From Selaginella moellendorffii (taxonomy: Eukaryota; Plantae; Lycopodiophyta), in NCBI RefSeq assembly GCF_000143415.4, contig NW_003314311.1, positions 62,233 to 126,000 on the forward strand: a DNA stretch of 63,768 nucleotides, in the 5' to 3' direction. Below the pieces are notes generated by a model. The model did no database searches and was not told where the DNA came from. It saw only the letters and a program-made list of their open reading frames with translations. Each line of letters starts with the position of its first letter. Positions within the stretch are counted from its first letter, which is position 1. This document shows positions 26,101 to 38,730 of this stretch, in pieces. The position numbers were made by a program, and so were the translations under genes.

Positions 26101-27417
26101 CGTCATCACTTCCATCCAACCGGTTATCCTCATTTGCTTCTACTTTCGGGTAACCAGCCTCCAAGACTTCGCAAGGAAAGCTGCCAAAGTCCAGGAAGAA
26201 GTTAGTGAGCTGATCCTTGAGGGAGTCACCCGTCATCAAACCGTGGCAGCATTTTCTTCCCACTCGAGAATCGTCACCATATTGGAGTCTCGACTTGAGA
26301 GCCTCTCCAAGCGAGTGGTACGTCTGTCACAAGCAGCAGGGATTAGCTCTGGAATAGCACTCTTTGCTCTCTTCTCGTCTTACGCTCTTTGTCTTTGGTA
26401 TGGAGGACGGTTGATCGCTCAAGGCAAGACAAGCTTCAAAGACTTCCTTCTCACATTTTACCTTCTCATAAGCACAGGAAGGTCGCTGGCCGATACTCTC
26501 TGGCTAAGCCCGGATATCAGCCAAGGAAAGACGGTAGCGGACTTGGTCTTCGAGATATTGGATGAGAAACCAACTTCAAAAAGTCTGGAACAAGGCTCGA
26601 TGAAAAATCAAGAAATCACAGGACACATAGAGTTTGACAAGGTTTCTTTTGCTTACCCGTCACGGCCGGAAGTTTTCGTGCTGAAGAACTTTAGCCTCAC
26701 CGTGGAAGTTGCTCAAACAGTAGCCATTGCTGGGCGGAGTGGATCCGGAAAGTCGACCATCATCAGCCTGGTGGAGAGATTTTACGACCCTCAGCTTGGC
26801 AGCATCGAGATCGATGGGAGAGATATTAGAAAGTTCCAGCTCGCGTCCCTGAGGCAGCAAATCGGGCTTGTCAGTCAAGGACCAACATTGTTTGCTGGAA
26901 GCATTGGTGAGAACATCGCGTACGGAAAAGAAAACGCTAGTGAGAGCGAGATCATGGAAGCAGCACGAACAGCTAATGCTCATGGATTCATCAGGTAATT
27001 TTTTTTCTTTCTACGTACGTACCTTAGCTCAAAGTTGATGGACTCTCTCTATTCTGTAGTGCATTGCCGCAAGGATACTGTACACCGGTAGGAGAGATTG
27101 GAACACAGCTCTCGGGAGGGCAGAAGCAAAGAATAGCCATAGCTCGAGCAATTTTGAAGAGGCCGAGGATACTTTTGCTAGACGAGGCCACGAGTGCGTT
27201 GGATTCCAAGTCGGAGAGCGAGGTTCAGCGTGCCCTGGAGAGGGCTATGGTGGGAAAGACAACCATTGTGGTGGCTCACATGTTGTCAACGATAAAAAAC
27301 GCGGACAGGATTGTCGTGGTTGGGGATGGGACAGTTTTGGAGCAAGGGAGCCGGAAAGAGCTGCTCGCTAGAGGAAAGGACGGCGCATTTTTTTCGCTGG
27401 TCCATGCCTGTGATTAA
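23188..27417 (+). CDS. Full-size ABCB (MDR/PGP) transporter, TMD-NBD-TMD-NBD
   Basis: Walker [10 protein letters not shown] and GRSGSGKST, signature LSGGQKQR twice, Walker [12 protein letters not shown] twice, two TM domains; multi-exon. Confidence 0.95.
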
Positions 27418-27612
27418 AAAGCAGCGAGATAGAAAAACAAAAACTGTATAGAGATTTACCTCATTCAGGATACCGTTTACACGTTTTAACTTGCCAAGAA
27501 AACCATATATTTGCTTATCAATATCAAGAAAATCGTGAATCATACCGGCGCTTGGTTGTTTATGGACAAGGATATTTGCGTTCTTATTGACATCTCCAGT
27601 TCGTTGTCCACG

Positions 27613-30600
27613 CTAAAAGCTGCGCATATTCCTGATGCATAAAATCTATAAGACAATTAATATGAGGGAATCTCTTGATCTGGTCAGCTTGTCGTCCGAA
27701 GCTTTCGCTGCACAAGAATGTTACCTGTTTAGTGCTTCAAAATCTGAACACAATGTTACCTTTCCCGTTGCAGTCAATGAGGTTACGACTGGCCTCTTTA
27801 GTACAGGAGTGTCAACTGAAAACTGAGTCTGCTCAACTTGCTTTGGACTGCAATCAGAAGTTTCAATGGAATCCAAGAACAAAACGACCTGAAATACAGT
27901 AATAAGTATCAAGACCAGGGAAGACTTCATGAATTTTCTCGTACCTTTCCAGCGTATTTCATATTTGCAGGATCTGCAGCCAAGATGTGAGCGCCCAAAC
28001 AGACGTCCAAGTCCGTGCACCAGCCACATACAATAGGCTTGAACACGCAACCATCCTCTTCGATCCATACCCCAGAAGAACACGCATTTCTCTCCCGAAA
28101 AGCTTGTCCACCGGGATTATCGTTGAGGTAGCTGTGCAGATGCTGGGCCTCCATGATGATCACTCGCAACAGAGGCGTTGCAGTCATTGCGAGTGATGCT
28201 AGATACTTCTTCTCTAGTGTTTCCAATTGATACGTTGCTCTCGGGTTGTCATAGGCACTTAAGTGGTGGCCACATTTGCGGCAACAGAGATTCTTGACGT
28301 CTTTTGAAGCGTCGAAACGAGTTGCCATGGTCATAAGGTTGTCCGTCAAAACTGGCACTTGTACAGGTGATGAAAAATTAGCCGTTTCCGGGACCTGAGA
28401 CACGTTGTTTAGACTGGTGATTCTGGGAGTTGATAAATTTGCAGATGGATAAGCACTGCAAATACAAAGTTAAAGAAGGCGCTTGTACAAGTGTCAATTA
28501 CTTTGAATCAAACCATGGACCGCAGCATGAGGACAGCTTGATAACATCCTCGAGTTCAGGTTGTCGTTCACGCACAAGGGAGCTGAAAACAACAGCTTAA
28601 AACACAGTAACATAAAAATGATGCTCAGTTACACCTTGTCTTAAGAACAAAACCATCTGTGGATTGGTCTTCCAAAAGAGAGCTGGAAAGGATCTGAGTG
28701 CACGTAATGAAGTTAGCAGATATACGAACCAGGATTTTACGCCGCCTCCAGGCAAGGGTGTTGTCGTGATGGATGAGATCACCGAAGAGCATTTCTTCGT
28801 AGAGCCAGTATTCTGTAAAAACAAAACATAGACAGAATTGAATGAAGCGTACAGCGATGAGTCTACCTCAAACTTGCTGAAAAAGGCTTGTAAATCCCTT
28901 AGAGCTTCCTGAAAACTTGCCGGTCTCATGATAGACTTTCTTAACCACTTGGACATATAACCGGTATAATTTGCCTTGTTAAACCGCTCATCTGCAGAGG
29001 GCGGATGGGTTCGACTGCAAAATTTAGAGAACTTCTCACCTAACAGCACAATTGCACCATAGTCACCACGGTGTCTAATGCAACGACCTGTGACATTCCT
29101 ATTAGACAGAGATTTCAAAATCCAGATAAATAACGAACCGACTGCCTGGTTCAAAGCCCGAAATGCTTGATAACAGTACCATTGATCACCACCTAGAAGA
29201 CTTTTAAGAGTTTTCTGGTTGTCGTTATAGTTCTTTTTCATAGCGACTTGGACGTCATTTCTGCATATGTAATTTTAATCCACGAGTTGATAGAATTAGA
29301 GACTTACAGATTTGGAAAAGGAATACCAACGACCACCTATAGCTTGGGTTAAGGTCACAATATGCAAGAACAGAGTTTGTAGGATACAACAATACGCGCG
29401 TTTTCATCCGAGAAGTTTATTCCTTCAGATACCTGGATGTTGCTAGAGGTTAGACAAAACAAACACTGAAAGCCTTACCTTTCCCCTGCAGACTGCGAGA
29501 AAGGCAGCTCCAGTCTGACCACCTGCGGAAGTGAAGTTCTTCGGCGTTAGGATTCTTTTCCGTCTGGAAGGCTCTACATTTTCTCCCTTGATAACCTTGT
29601 AAAAATCCTTCAAAATGTCTTCAAACTTCCCAGTGCTTCCTTGCGGCTCTGAAATAAGAGGCACTTTTTAAGATCCAATGAGAGCATAGGCTTACCAACG
29701 AAAACACTTTTAATGTCCGAAATTCTCTTCCACTGACCGGTAGTTTTCCATCTGTTGCAGACTCGTTGTAAAAGCTTATAGCTTGGAAAAAACACGAGGG
29801 CGCCATCCGGAACTACATTGCATATTTGCTCCAACGCAGTTCCCAGGGCATCTTGAAAGGCGACTGTGTTTGCATGTTGGTAGCTTGCATTGAGCGGTAC
29901 ATTTCCTGGACCGAAGGAAACAGCAGACACAAGCAGCTGCACGTAAAAGACGAGACATCTAATAACGTATAAAAAATAGTGGAACATGCACCTGTGAGTT
30001 TAAGTCTATGATATGCGGCGCTTCCATAATCATTTCGAAGGAAGTGCCAAGTTCCGAAGCAAACGAACCGTTTGGGGACAAAGTCCTGGAAAAAGGATAA
30101 AAATCATGTGAATTCTTGGTTTTCGACTTCTTTACCCAGACGTAAGTACGACAGACTTGCAAATTGTTGCAATCTCGTTAAAAACAACCCCTGGATTCAG
30201 GCACCAGAAGCTCAGTTTGTGTAGCCATTCGTCAGTACCTACAACAGATATAGTTTTATTGCATGGGAAGAGAAACAGTTAAAAAGATCACCTTCGACTT
30301 TGTTTAAGACCCTCTGCACCACTATCTGATAGTCGTGAATGTATTCCGGTTTTGACAGCATGAACTTCAGCGCACAAAAGAGACCTGGACATTTCACTAA
30401 AATCATGACTGATTGTAGGTTTGTACATACCTTCCATTGCACTTGCACAACGTCCACTCAGATGAGGCTTTTCTGGATCTGGATCGGATGCAGCTCCCGC
30501 AGCCTTGACTCATGTTAAAGTAGAATTTGTTAAGCACAAACTGTTCTTTTACCTTCACAGCACAGTCTAGCTGTATAGAAAACGATTCAGATGAAATCCC

Positions 30601-32151
30601 AGCAGCTTGGAGTTGTTCTAGTCCCTTCGGACCTGTCCAGCTGAACAAAAGTAAAGGAAAGCCTTAAGAACAAAATTTCCATACTTCGAATAATAGTGGT
30701 CGACTTCCTTCCTCTGAAGATTCTCATCCTGCTGCCGTATCCAAATGAGAAGTTCCTATGTCAAAGCGAAACTAGAAGCTAAAAACGAATGAAAAAGGAG
30801 AAACCGCATGTTACCTGGACCATATCAAACAAAGGACGGTACAGATCATGTGAGTCTTCGGACGAGCTTAGTTCCTCGAGTTCATTTCGGAGTTCTTCAG
30901 AAGAAGCTACAAATTAGAAAGAACAATATAGACATTGATATTCAAACCTTCTAGAATGCTTGTATCCAAGTCAACACTACCGGCTTCCCGTGACATGTCT
31001 TCGATGTTACTGAAAAGCATTAATTAGTTTATAAAGCAGGAGGATAAAAGACATACTGAGCCTCGTCAAAAATGATAATAGCTCCCCGAATATCAACGTC
31101 CATCGCTTTTCGAAATATTGGACTAAGAATGTAACTGTATGGACAGAAGACAATCTGGGCATCTGCAGCCATTATTCTCGAAGTGAAGTATGCACATCCT
31201 GAAATCAAAGGCTCGTTAACAAGCTCTAAATGTTCAACAAACAAAAACCTCTAACTGAACGAGCCAAGGTCACCAGATCTTCAATGTCATGAGTTTCATG
31301 GCATCCTCCTTTGCGTAGCGCCGGGTGATGCTTCAATTTATTCACATTTCTGTAGCAGAGCCATGTTATGATATTTTAGTCGAAGGAGAATTAATCTTAC
31401 TTAAACTGAGGGCAGGCTTTGTGTGGATCCTTCAGAAGCACTTTACTGTCAAGAAGGAAAACCCGGAGTTAGAATAAAAGTCCTACGATGACGTCTAGAA
31501 AATTCACCATTCATCGTCCAAGTTTGCCTTCTTGCACACGTGTTGATTTGTGCAATAGTGTTTCCTTGCAGCCTGTCCACCGCCATTAGCAAAATCTCAT
31601 ACATACTACTCTGTTTTAAAGCTCACCAATATAGCCATTGGAACACGATAGTTCGTCTTTTTCAGCTCGCGAACAATCTGAGAGATTTGCGAATGTGTCC
31701 TCCTAGCAAAACAAACAAACAAAAAAAAAAAAAAAAAAACAAACCAAAACATTAGAAAAAAAAAATAATGAAAAGAAAACGCTGTCAAATCTACTCACGT
31801 TGCGAAAAAAATTGTAGGTGGCTTGTTTTTCTTTGCTTGGTGCTTATCCTCGGCACCTGAAGCTGGTCCCTCGGGAATAAAACCACCACCAAATTGCGTA
31901 GCAGGACCCATCGAAGCTGCTGCTACCATTCGGTGCTGCTGCCACGCCAAGGCCGCGCACAGCAAAGACAAGGACTTGCCAGACCCGGTAGGAGATTCCA
32001 AGAGCGCATTGCAGTGGCCGTCTGGATCCCGGAAAGCCCTCTCCAGTGTGGTTATAACCTTTCCCATAAAGGCGAGCTGCGATCCATAGGCCCTGTATGG
32101 AAACTCGACCTTGACTCCACAGATTTGATAGACATGCTGCTGAGCCTCCAT
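27613..32151 (-). CDS. FANCJ: FANCJ/BRIP1-like Rad3/XPD-family Fe-S DNA helicase
   Basis: [16 protein letters not shown]...[22 protein letters not shown], Cys-containing Fe-S segment, DEAH|NIED, VFFPSY, AVCRGK, RALNQAV|[12 protein letters not shown], plant-type Cys-rich C-terminus. The 3' end is uncertain (27613 if the last intron is spliced, 27721 if not). Confidence 0.9.
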
Positions 32152-32295
32152 TTTGGGGAAGAAAATCGGTGCTGTTCTTCGCGTAATATCTCAAACACCG
32201 GAGCGATTGAGTGGCATTTCTATCAAAATCCCTACTATCAATCCAAAGACACAGGCATTATGATCCACACCTGAGCTTAGCGCCTTAGATCGATG

Positions 32296-32396
32296 CCGCG
32301 AAACAGCAGCATCAAGCATCGAGATCGATGAAGCCGCACCGCCGCCATCGGCTTGTTCGAATGGAGCAAATTTCCCGCCTAAATGAAAAACCCTAG
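32296..32396 (-). promoter_or_regulatory. FANCJ promoter elements: two E2F-like sites and a telo-box
   Basis: TTTCCCGC at 32371-32378, CCGCGAAA (= TTTCGCGG on -) at 32296-32303, AAACCCTA at 32388-32395. Confidence 0.55.
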
Positions 32397-32626
32397 AGAG
32401 TTCTTAAACATAGAACACTGCATTGTTTGAAACTGTAGAACTATAGCATTGCTTTAACAAATGTAAGATTTTTTCATGGTCCCTTGGTACCTGGATTAAA
32501 ATCGAGAATGGCTCTGTGAGAAGAGATACTTATAAGAATGTAAGTTACAATACCATTGCCTGGATCAACATCGAGAATGGTCCTGTGAGAAGCGACGATT
32601 ATAAGAATGTAACACAAGTACCTGGA

Positions 32627-33369
32627 TTAAATTCGAAGGAGGTGATGTTTCGAGGAACACCAGCACCTCATCTTCCAGGCCTCTAACTCGCAGTTTTCGT
32701 CCTGATCGCATTGATTCGTCTTGTGGAGTAGAAAATGCCGGCAAGACAAAGCTCCCAGTCTTTGGCTTGGTTTCAACGCTGGAATAGAAACAGTGGAGAC
32801 TTAGCACTTCGCATAAAAAAGACGAGCAAGAGCTCTAGAAAGAACAGCAAAGGAAAATGAAAAACTTGCCTGTGAATTCCCCATCGTTGCAATAGAGGTC
32901 AAAGAGCTTTGCGTTGCTTCCAAGAACAGGAAGCCTCCCCTGTGCCGCATACGCACGCAGCGCCGTTTCTACGACCTGTTCCACTGTGGTGTTAATGTCC
33001 GCAATCGATCGCAAAGGCCCTGAAGAACCGAGAATCGTGATTGTTACCAAAATCTTGCTCTCTGCTTTGCCAACCTTCAAAACAATCGACAGCAACAGCA
33101 TTTTTGTCAAGGTAAAAACGAAGAAGAACAAAACTTACTCGGTTTTTACTTGAAAGAGCAGCAAGCAGTCCTCTTGATGGCGAGGAGATGGCCTTTGGAG
33201 AGGATCTTTGAGGAGACTCTGGAGAGCTTTTCGCCTTCGAAATGGAAAATGGACTCGGAGAGCTTTTGCTCGCAGCCCTGTAGGTATGTAGCTGCGCGAG
33301 TTTGTCCTGGAAACTAGAAGCCGGAGCTGAATCTCTAGAGCTTTTGTTCTTTACAGCGGATGTTGTCAT
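32627..33369 (-). CDS. Plant DUF7054-like protein (At4g22758-like)
   Basis: Ser-rich N-terminus, then KILVTITILGSSGPLR...VVETALRAYAAQGRLPVLG; last exon reached through a GC-AG intron (32869-32779) ending ...HHLLRI*. Confidence 0.75.
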
Positions 33370-33739
33370 GGTGCTTCAAGACTTCCACTCAATTCTTTTA
33401 CCTGGATCCAATGTTGCGAGAATTCTGGCAAGAAATCTTGAAACTCAGACAAAGAACTATGTTTAGAGTTAAGGCCTACCTTAAAAGATTCGGAATCGCA
33501 AGTCAAAATCTCCCACTTGAAGTAGATCCAATCAAGGAGGCGGTAACTAAAGAACAATATTTGATTGAATACGTTGCTGTACCAGAGGCACACGCAGATC
33601 ATTGATTATGCACTAAAACTAAAACCATATCACTCACGTTACTACATGCCCCTTCCTTCAGTGTGAAGATCATTCCTGTATCTATAAGAAGCAAAACAAG
33701 CAAATAAAACAAACGATGGAAACAAGCTACGAACCTTTC

Positions 33740-34893
33740 TTAGGCGGGATAATTGTGCCTTGCTTCTTTACATGCCTGAACAATGGCTCTCACTTTCTCA
33801 CAGTCTGCTACCATGAGAGTGGCGGTCCCAAGCATTGCGAGTGTAATTGTTTCGTTTACAAAACTCTGGCCAAAGTCAGAGGCAGAACGAGCAGAACCGT
33901 GGAGTTCAGTGACGTCAAGTGCGCTGACGATGCGTGCAGCATTGTCTTTGGTGATACCTCCTGCTTGCAGGACACAAGTTTAATATGCGAAGAAAGGAAA
34001 AAAACAGAACAGGAGAGAGAAAACCTCCAGGCATGATAGAAATCCGCTGCATGGAATTTTCTACGAGCACTTTCAATAGAGGCAGTCCCTCCGTCACGGT
34101 TTCTCCTTGTCCGGATGTAAGAACTCTCGGCACACCGAGCTCCAGCAATGTCTTTCAAGTGTTAAAGAAAAACGTTAGCCACTTAACTACAAAGCATGAA
34201 GTTACCTGGAGAGACTTCTCAGCGTTTCTCGTAGCATCAAATGCACGGTGAAATGTCATGGAGAGTTCGTATCTTTTGCAAAGGCTGATGATCCGCGTCA
34301 TCTACAAAAACCAAAGAAGTTTCGCTCGTCGGATGAAACTGAAGTAACTATCACAATACCACTTGCAAATCAATATCACCATCGGGAGTGAGCGCACCGA
34401 AAGCAATGCCATGAACTTTCAAGTTTCCAGCCATATGAATGTCTTCGCAGATCACCTGTGCACGAAGAACACAAAAAGGAAGTGAAGTTCCAAAGTCTGT
34501 ACGCTGGACTTACGTCTATTTCATCCTCAGTGTAGCAAAAATCCCCAGCTCGAGGTCGTATCAAGACATGGACAGGAATGCGAACGCGATCGAGAACAGC
34601 TTTGATCACTGTTTCCATGGATAGACAATTAGAACACAAGAAGAAGAAATAATTCTTAGAACAATCTTACTTCCATAGCTGGGAGTAATTCCCCCTTGCG
34701 ATAGAGCAGCGCAAAGCTCCAATCGTCCAGCTCCACCTAAGAAATGAAACGATCCCCATTCATGATCATGATCCAGTATTGGCCTAGCGCCAGCCGAGTG
34801 ATCGAGAGGAGAGATTACAATACCTTTCTCGGCTTGAATCGCAGAGAAGAGCGAATCCACGCACGCCTCGAAGAGGAAGCCGCATTGCGCCAT
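33740..34893 (-). CDS. CUTC: Copper homeostasis protein CutC
   Basis: [67 protein letters not shown]; TAA at 33740-33742. Confidence 0.95.
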
Positions 34894-34936
34894 AATATCT
34901 CTCTTCGCTTAAACCCCGGATTTTAGGGTTCTTCAA
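34894..34936. promoter_or_regulatory. 43-bp divergent intergenic segment with a telo-box-like motif
   Basis: Lies between the CutC ATG (-) and EFM4 ATG (+); contains TTTAGGGTT and AAACCCC. Confidence 0.6.
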
Positions 34937-36527
34937 ATGGAGCTACCCGACGGAGCTTTCCAGGCCTCCGATGACGATCTCTCCTCCGTCGCTGCCGATT
35001 CCTGGTCCGTGAGGAGTGAATATGGCAGCGTCCTCGATGCGGACGAGCTTGTTCGCCAGGCCGAGTCGGTCATCGAGACAACGGGAGCGCAAGATTCTTA
35101 CAGGTATGGCTCGATCGATCAATGCGCGCTTCCAGCATTGGGTTGCTGTGTGAATCCTTGCCTGTTGTGTAGAGCATCGAATTATTCTAAACATCACGCA
35201 TTGCTTTTACTGGTTTACTTTTTCATTTGCCTGTTCTATCACTTATTTCCGTTCCTAGAGTTTGCTTCTTTGGTGCCATTGCATTCTTTGGTTTCCCTTG
35301 TGAGCCTGTATGAACTTTTTCTTTGCGGCAATGAGACCTCATGGTTTTTCTTCTCGTATTTGCGAACGTTTCTTTTTCTTTTCTTTTCTTTTTTGACTGG
35401 AGCGTTGCCTAAAATGGTCTTTTCTCAGACTGACTTGAGTTCCAACGGGCATTGAATTCTAGTTGCTTTGACTGTGGGATTCTTTAACATTTTTCTCTCT
35501 TTTTATAACTGGCAGCTCATGCAAGGACGAAGAGGAAAGCCTTCAATCTGTTCTAGGATTGCAAAGCCATTGGAACAGCACGTACGCTGACGAGCTCAAC
35601 AATTTCTACGCTCATGGAGATAGAGGCGAGATATGGTGAGTTCCACTGTGTTTTGCCTCGTTATTCTGGTGTCATATACATCTATTTCAGGTTTGGAGAG
35701 TCTGTCACGGACACAGTCGCAAGATGGACCGCGAGGCTTTGTGCTGCCACTTCCACCGGCACTCCATTCAATCCCGCTGATGGTCCTTTGCCCGCACCTT
35801 CTGATTTAACAGGCTGGAGCGTTCTGGATGTTGGAACTGGAAATGGTGTGTTCCTTCATGCATTTTATAGGCTCGGGTGAGAAATGGTTATGTCTTTTAG
35901 CGCGTTCCTGATTTGATTGCTCCAGCTTTACAGATTTAACGGGAATTGATTATAGCGAAGGGGCCATAGAACTGGCAATAGCAATCGCCCAGCGAAATGG
36001 CCTTGCAGACATTAAGTTCCTGGTATGGACATTTCATGACTAGAGTTTTTTACAGCACTTTGTATGCAGGTGGACGACTTACTTGAAACCAATCTCAAAG
36101 AACAATACAGACTCGTTACGGACAAAGGGACGCTCGATGCTATAGGACTTCATCCAGAAGGACAATCTCGGAGGTTTGAACGAAAAAAGACAAAGCAAAA
36201 GTTATTGGACCTTCGAGTTTGATGTTTTCGTTCTCTTTTTTGAAGGCTCTTGTACTGGAAGTCCATTTCTCAGCTGGTAGCTCCGGGTGGTATTCTGGCA
36301 AGTCGAGATTTATTCTTTTTGGTGGTACTAAGAACTTCCCTGTTGTTGGAAACCAGGTTGTCACATCCTGTAACAAGACTAAAGACGAGCTAGTCAACGA
36401 GGCAACAAACGCTGCAGACGATTTCAAGTTTGAATACATGGATCACATTCGTAGCTACCCAACATTTCGCTTCGCTGGCGTGGAGGGAAGTCGGGTTAGC
36501 ACTGTGGCTTTTCTTCGCAAAGCTTGA
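34937..36527 (+). CDS. EFM4/METTL10-like protein-lysine N-methyltransferase (eEF1A methyltransferase family)
   Basis: SVLGLQSHW..Y..EL.NF..HGD.GEIW|FGE, VLDVGTGNG, LTGIDYS, DKGTLDAIGL, TSCN.TKDEL, YPTFRFAGVEGS; 7 exons, one GC-AG intron (36298-36356). Confidence 0.92.
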
Positions 36528-37990
36528 AGCTCCGGCACCAGGTAAGCTGTCGAACTTTTCTTTCCGCCGCAAAGACATTTATGTGCATTGGCTGGCTCTT
36601 TCCATAGTGTTCTTCAACATTGCTAAGCAGCCTTTTCTTTTTTCGTGCAGACTGAAGAAAGTGAAGGAAAAATCTCTCGCCAAAAGCAATCCAACAAACA
36701 GGAATGTTCAAACACTACATAGGTACCAGATCGTTCTCTTTACTTTTGTCATCGATTTTCGTGAACTGGACTTCCAGCTTGCAACTTTTATTTCGGTTTG
36801 AATGGTAGCACATGACTCTTCTCGCTCGCTCACACATCAGTTATGTGCTGTGCCTGTGCATTGTTTAGTTAGCGCCTTTGTTTTTTCTTAGTGTAGTGGC
36901 TTTTGTCTCTTACAATCTCGTCGAGTTTACTCTTGGAAGGCAGTGACGCTTCATTCATGTCTGGTACGGGGTGAACGATTTCAACGCCGCGAGAATCGCC
37001 CAGCCAACAAGAAGCATCAAGTGTTTGGTACGTGCAACGTTGTGCAACTGTTCTAACGCAGCTGAATGATCGTAGCAGTCGAGAAAAGCAACGAAAAAGT
37101 AAAAGAAGGAATCGCGATCTCAGATGGAAAGTTGCTGTCTCGCAAAGAAAAATGCGCGAACATCACCGATCACCAAACTTCGTGATCTCATCACACTGGT
37201 TTTGATACTTCGATCCATTCATTGAAAGTTCTCTCTCTTTGAAAGATCGTGACATTGTTTGATAACTTCCTCTTGGCTATTGCTTGCAGCTAGCGATCCA
37301 ATCAATTCTACTCCAAAAAAATGGCGAATCTACTTCCTGACGTAATTACTTGGACGACTTTTCCAAGTACGCGTTTGAGTTCTCGTATTATACTCGTATG
37401 TACGCAAAGCTCTTCCATGCCATAAAGAGTGGAGCTTTTCTTTATGTGGAGAAAAACCTCGCGTGCCTCAAGTAGTGCATGAGTCGCAAACAACAAAACC
37501 ATAAAAAAGAGATCGCCATCTTTCGACCAACCATAAAATCCACCCTTGCATTCAACGAAAGCGATCGCCGTGGCGCAAGAAAGCGTAGCGTTTTTCCGGA
37601 ATCCGCGTGGGCAGCGTGGCCGTTGATGATGGACGGCGAGGATGCACGCGATTCCGCCGTAACGTCCACCCGGCTCCTTCAAACCAACACGCATACGCGT
37701 GTGTACTCCTGACACTGTCAAAAAAAAAAAAACGACGAACACGAGTAAAGTTCTCCCTTTTATATTTTAGGGCTCTTGGGAGGGAGTTCTCTCCTGGATA
37801 AAGATTCTTGGCGACACAGGCTAGGGATCCAATCCAGACGGCGCCCGCGCAGCGCTAGATTAGGCCAGTCCCATCTTGACTCGGGGATTTCTCACAGTTT
37901 TCCAGTGGATCGAGTCGATCGATCGATTTCATCGGTAGTGCGACGGTTTCTCCTCGAAATCTCTGATCCTTCGGCGATTCTTGCTCGGGA

Positions 37991-38653
37991 ATGGGAAATT
38001 ACTTGGTGTGTGGAGCGCCGGCCAGAGTCTCCACATCGGCGCTCAGCGGAAAGCCGTGTTCTTTCGCAAGGCTGGTTCTCACCGACGGGACGATCCAGGA
38101 CATCACGTCCCCCGTGACAGTGGCAGAGCTCATGCTGGATCATCCGCTCCACTTCGTGTGTCACGTGAGTAATCCTGCCGCATTGGATGATCAGCATGAA
38201 TGTGCCAGCGGCGGCGACGCCCGGAGCTTCGATCACGACAAGCCACTCACTGCGGACACGCATCTGGAGAGCGGCGAGATCTACTACCTCCGCTCCAAGG
38301 CCGGATTCAACTGCAAATCGCCACTACGATCCCTCCAGCGGTGCTCCTCCGATAATTCCTTGTCCAAGAGCTCCAGCAGCAATCCGCGCAAGAACGCGCT
38401 ACTCCACGCGTTCCGGTTGAGGCAAAAAGGATCGATCACGCAGGTGACAGTCTCGGCGGACATGGTCGCGCAAATCCTCCGCAACGAGCTCCAAAAACAA
38501 GAACACGGAGGGGATCAAGAGAAGAAATTCGCTGCCGCGGCGGCCATTGAGGACGACAATCCCGAGCTCCAAATGGCTCTTCAGATGAGATTAATCTCGC
38601 GGAGCGTATCATGGCGGCCCAAGCTCGCGACGATCCAAGAATCTGGCTTCTAG
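37991..38653 (+). CDS. PADRE/DUF4228 family protein, single exon
   Basis: MGN...C acylation-type N-terminus, DGTI...PVTVAELMLDHPLHFVC, PLTADTHLESGEIYYL, C-terminal WRPKLATIQE. Confidence 0.9.
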   Translation: MGNYLVCGAPARVSTSALSGKPCSFARLVLTDGTIQDITSPVTVAELMLDHPLHFVCHVSNPAALDDQHECASGGDARSFDHDKPLTADTHLESGEIYYLRSKAGFNCKSPLRSLQRCSSDNSLSKSSSSNPRKNALLHAFRLRQKGSITQVTVSADMVAQILRNELQKQEHGGDQEKKFAAAAAIEDDNPELQMALQMRLISRSVSWRPKLATIQESGF

Positions 38654-38730
38654 AAATTTCTTTCTCTTTCGTTTCTCCTCGATCGCTCAAGCTCGGCTCG
38701 GAGCAGAGCAAATTTGTGTAAAATCATGGA

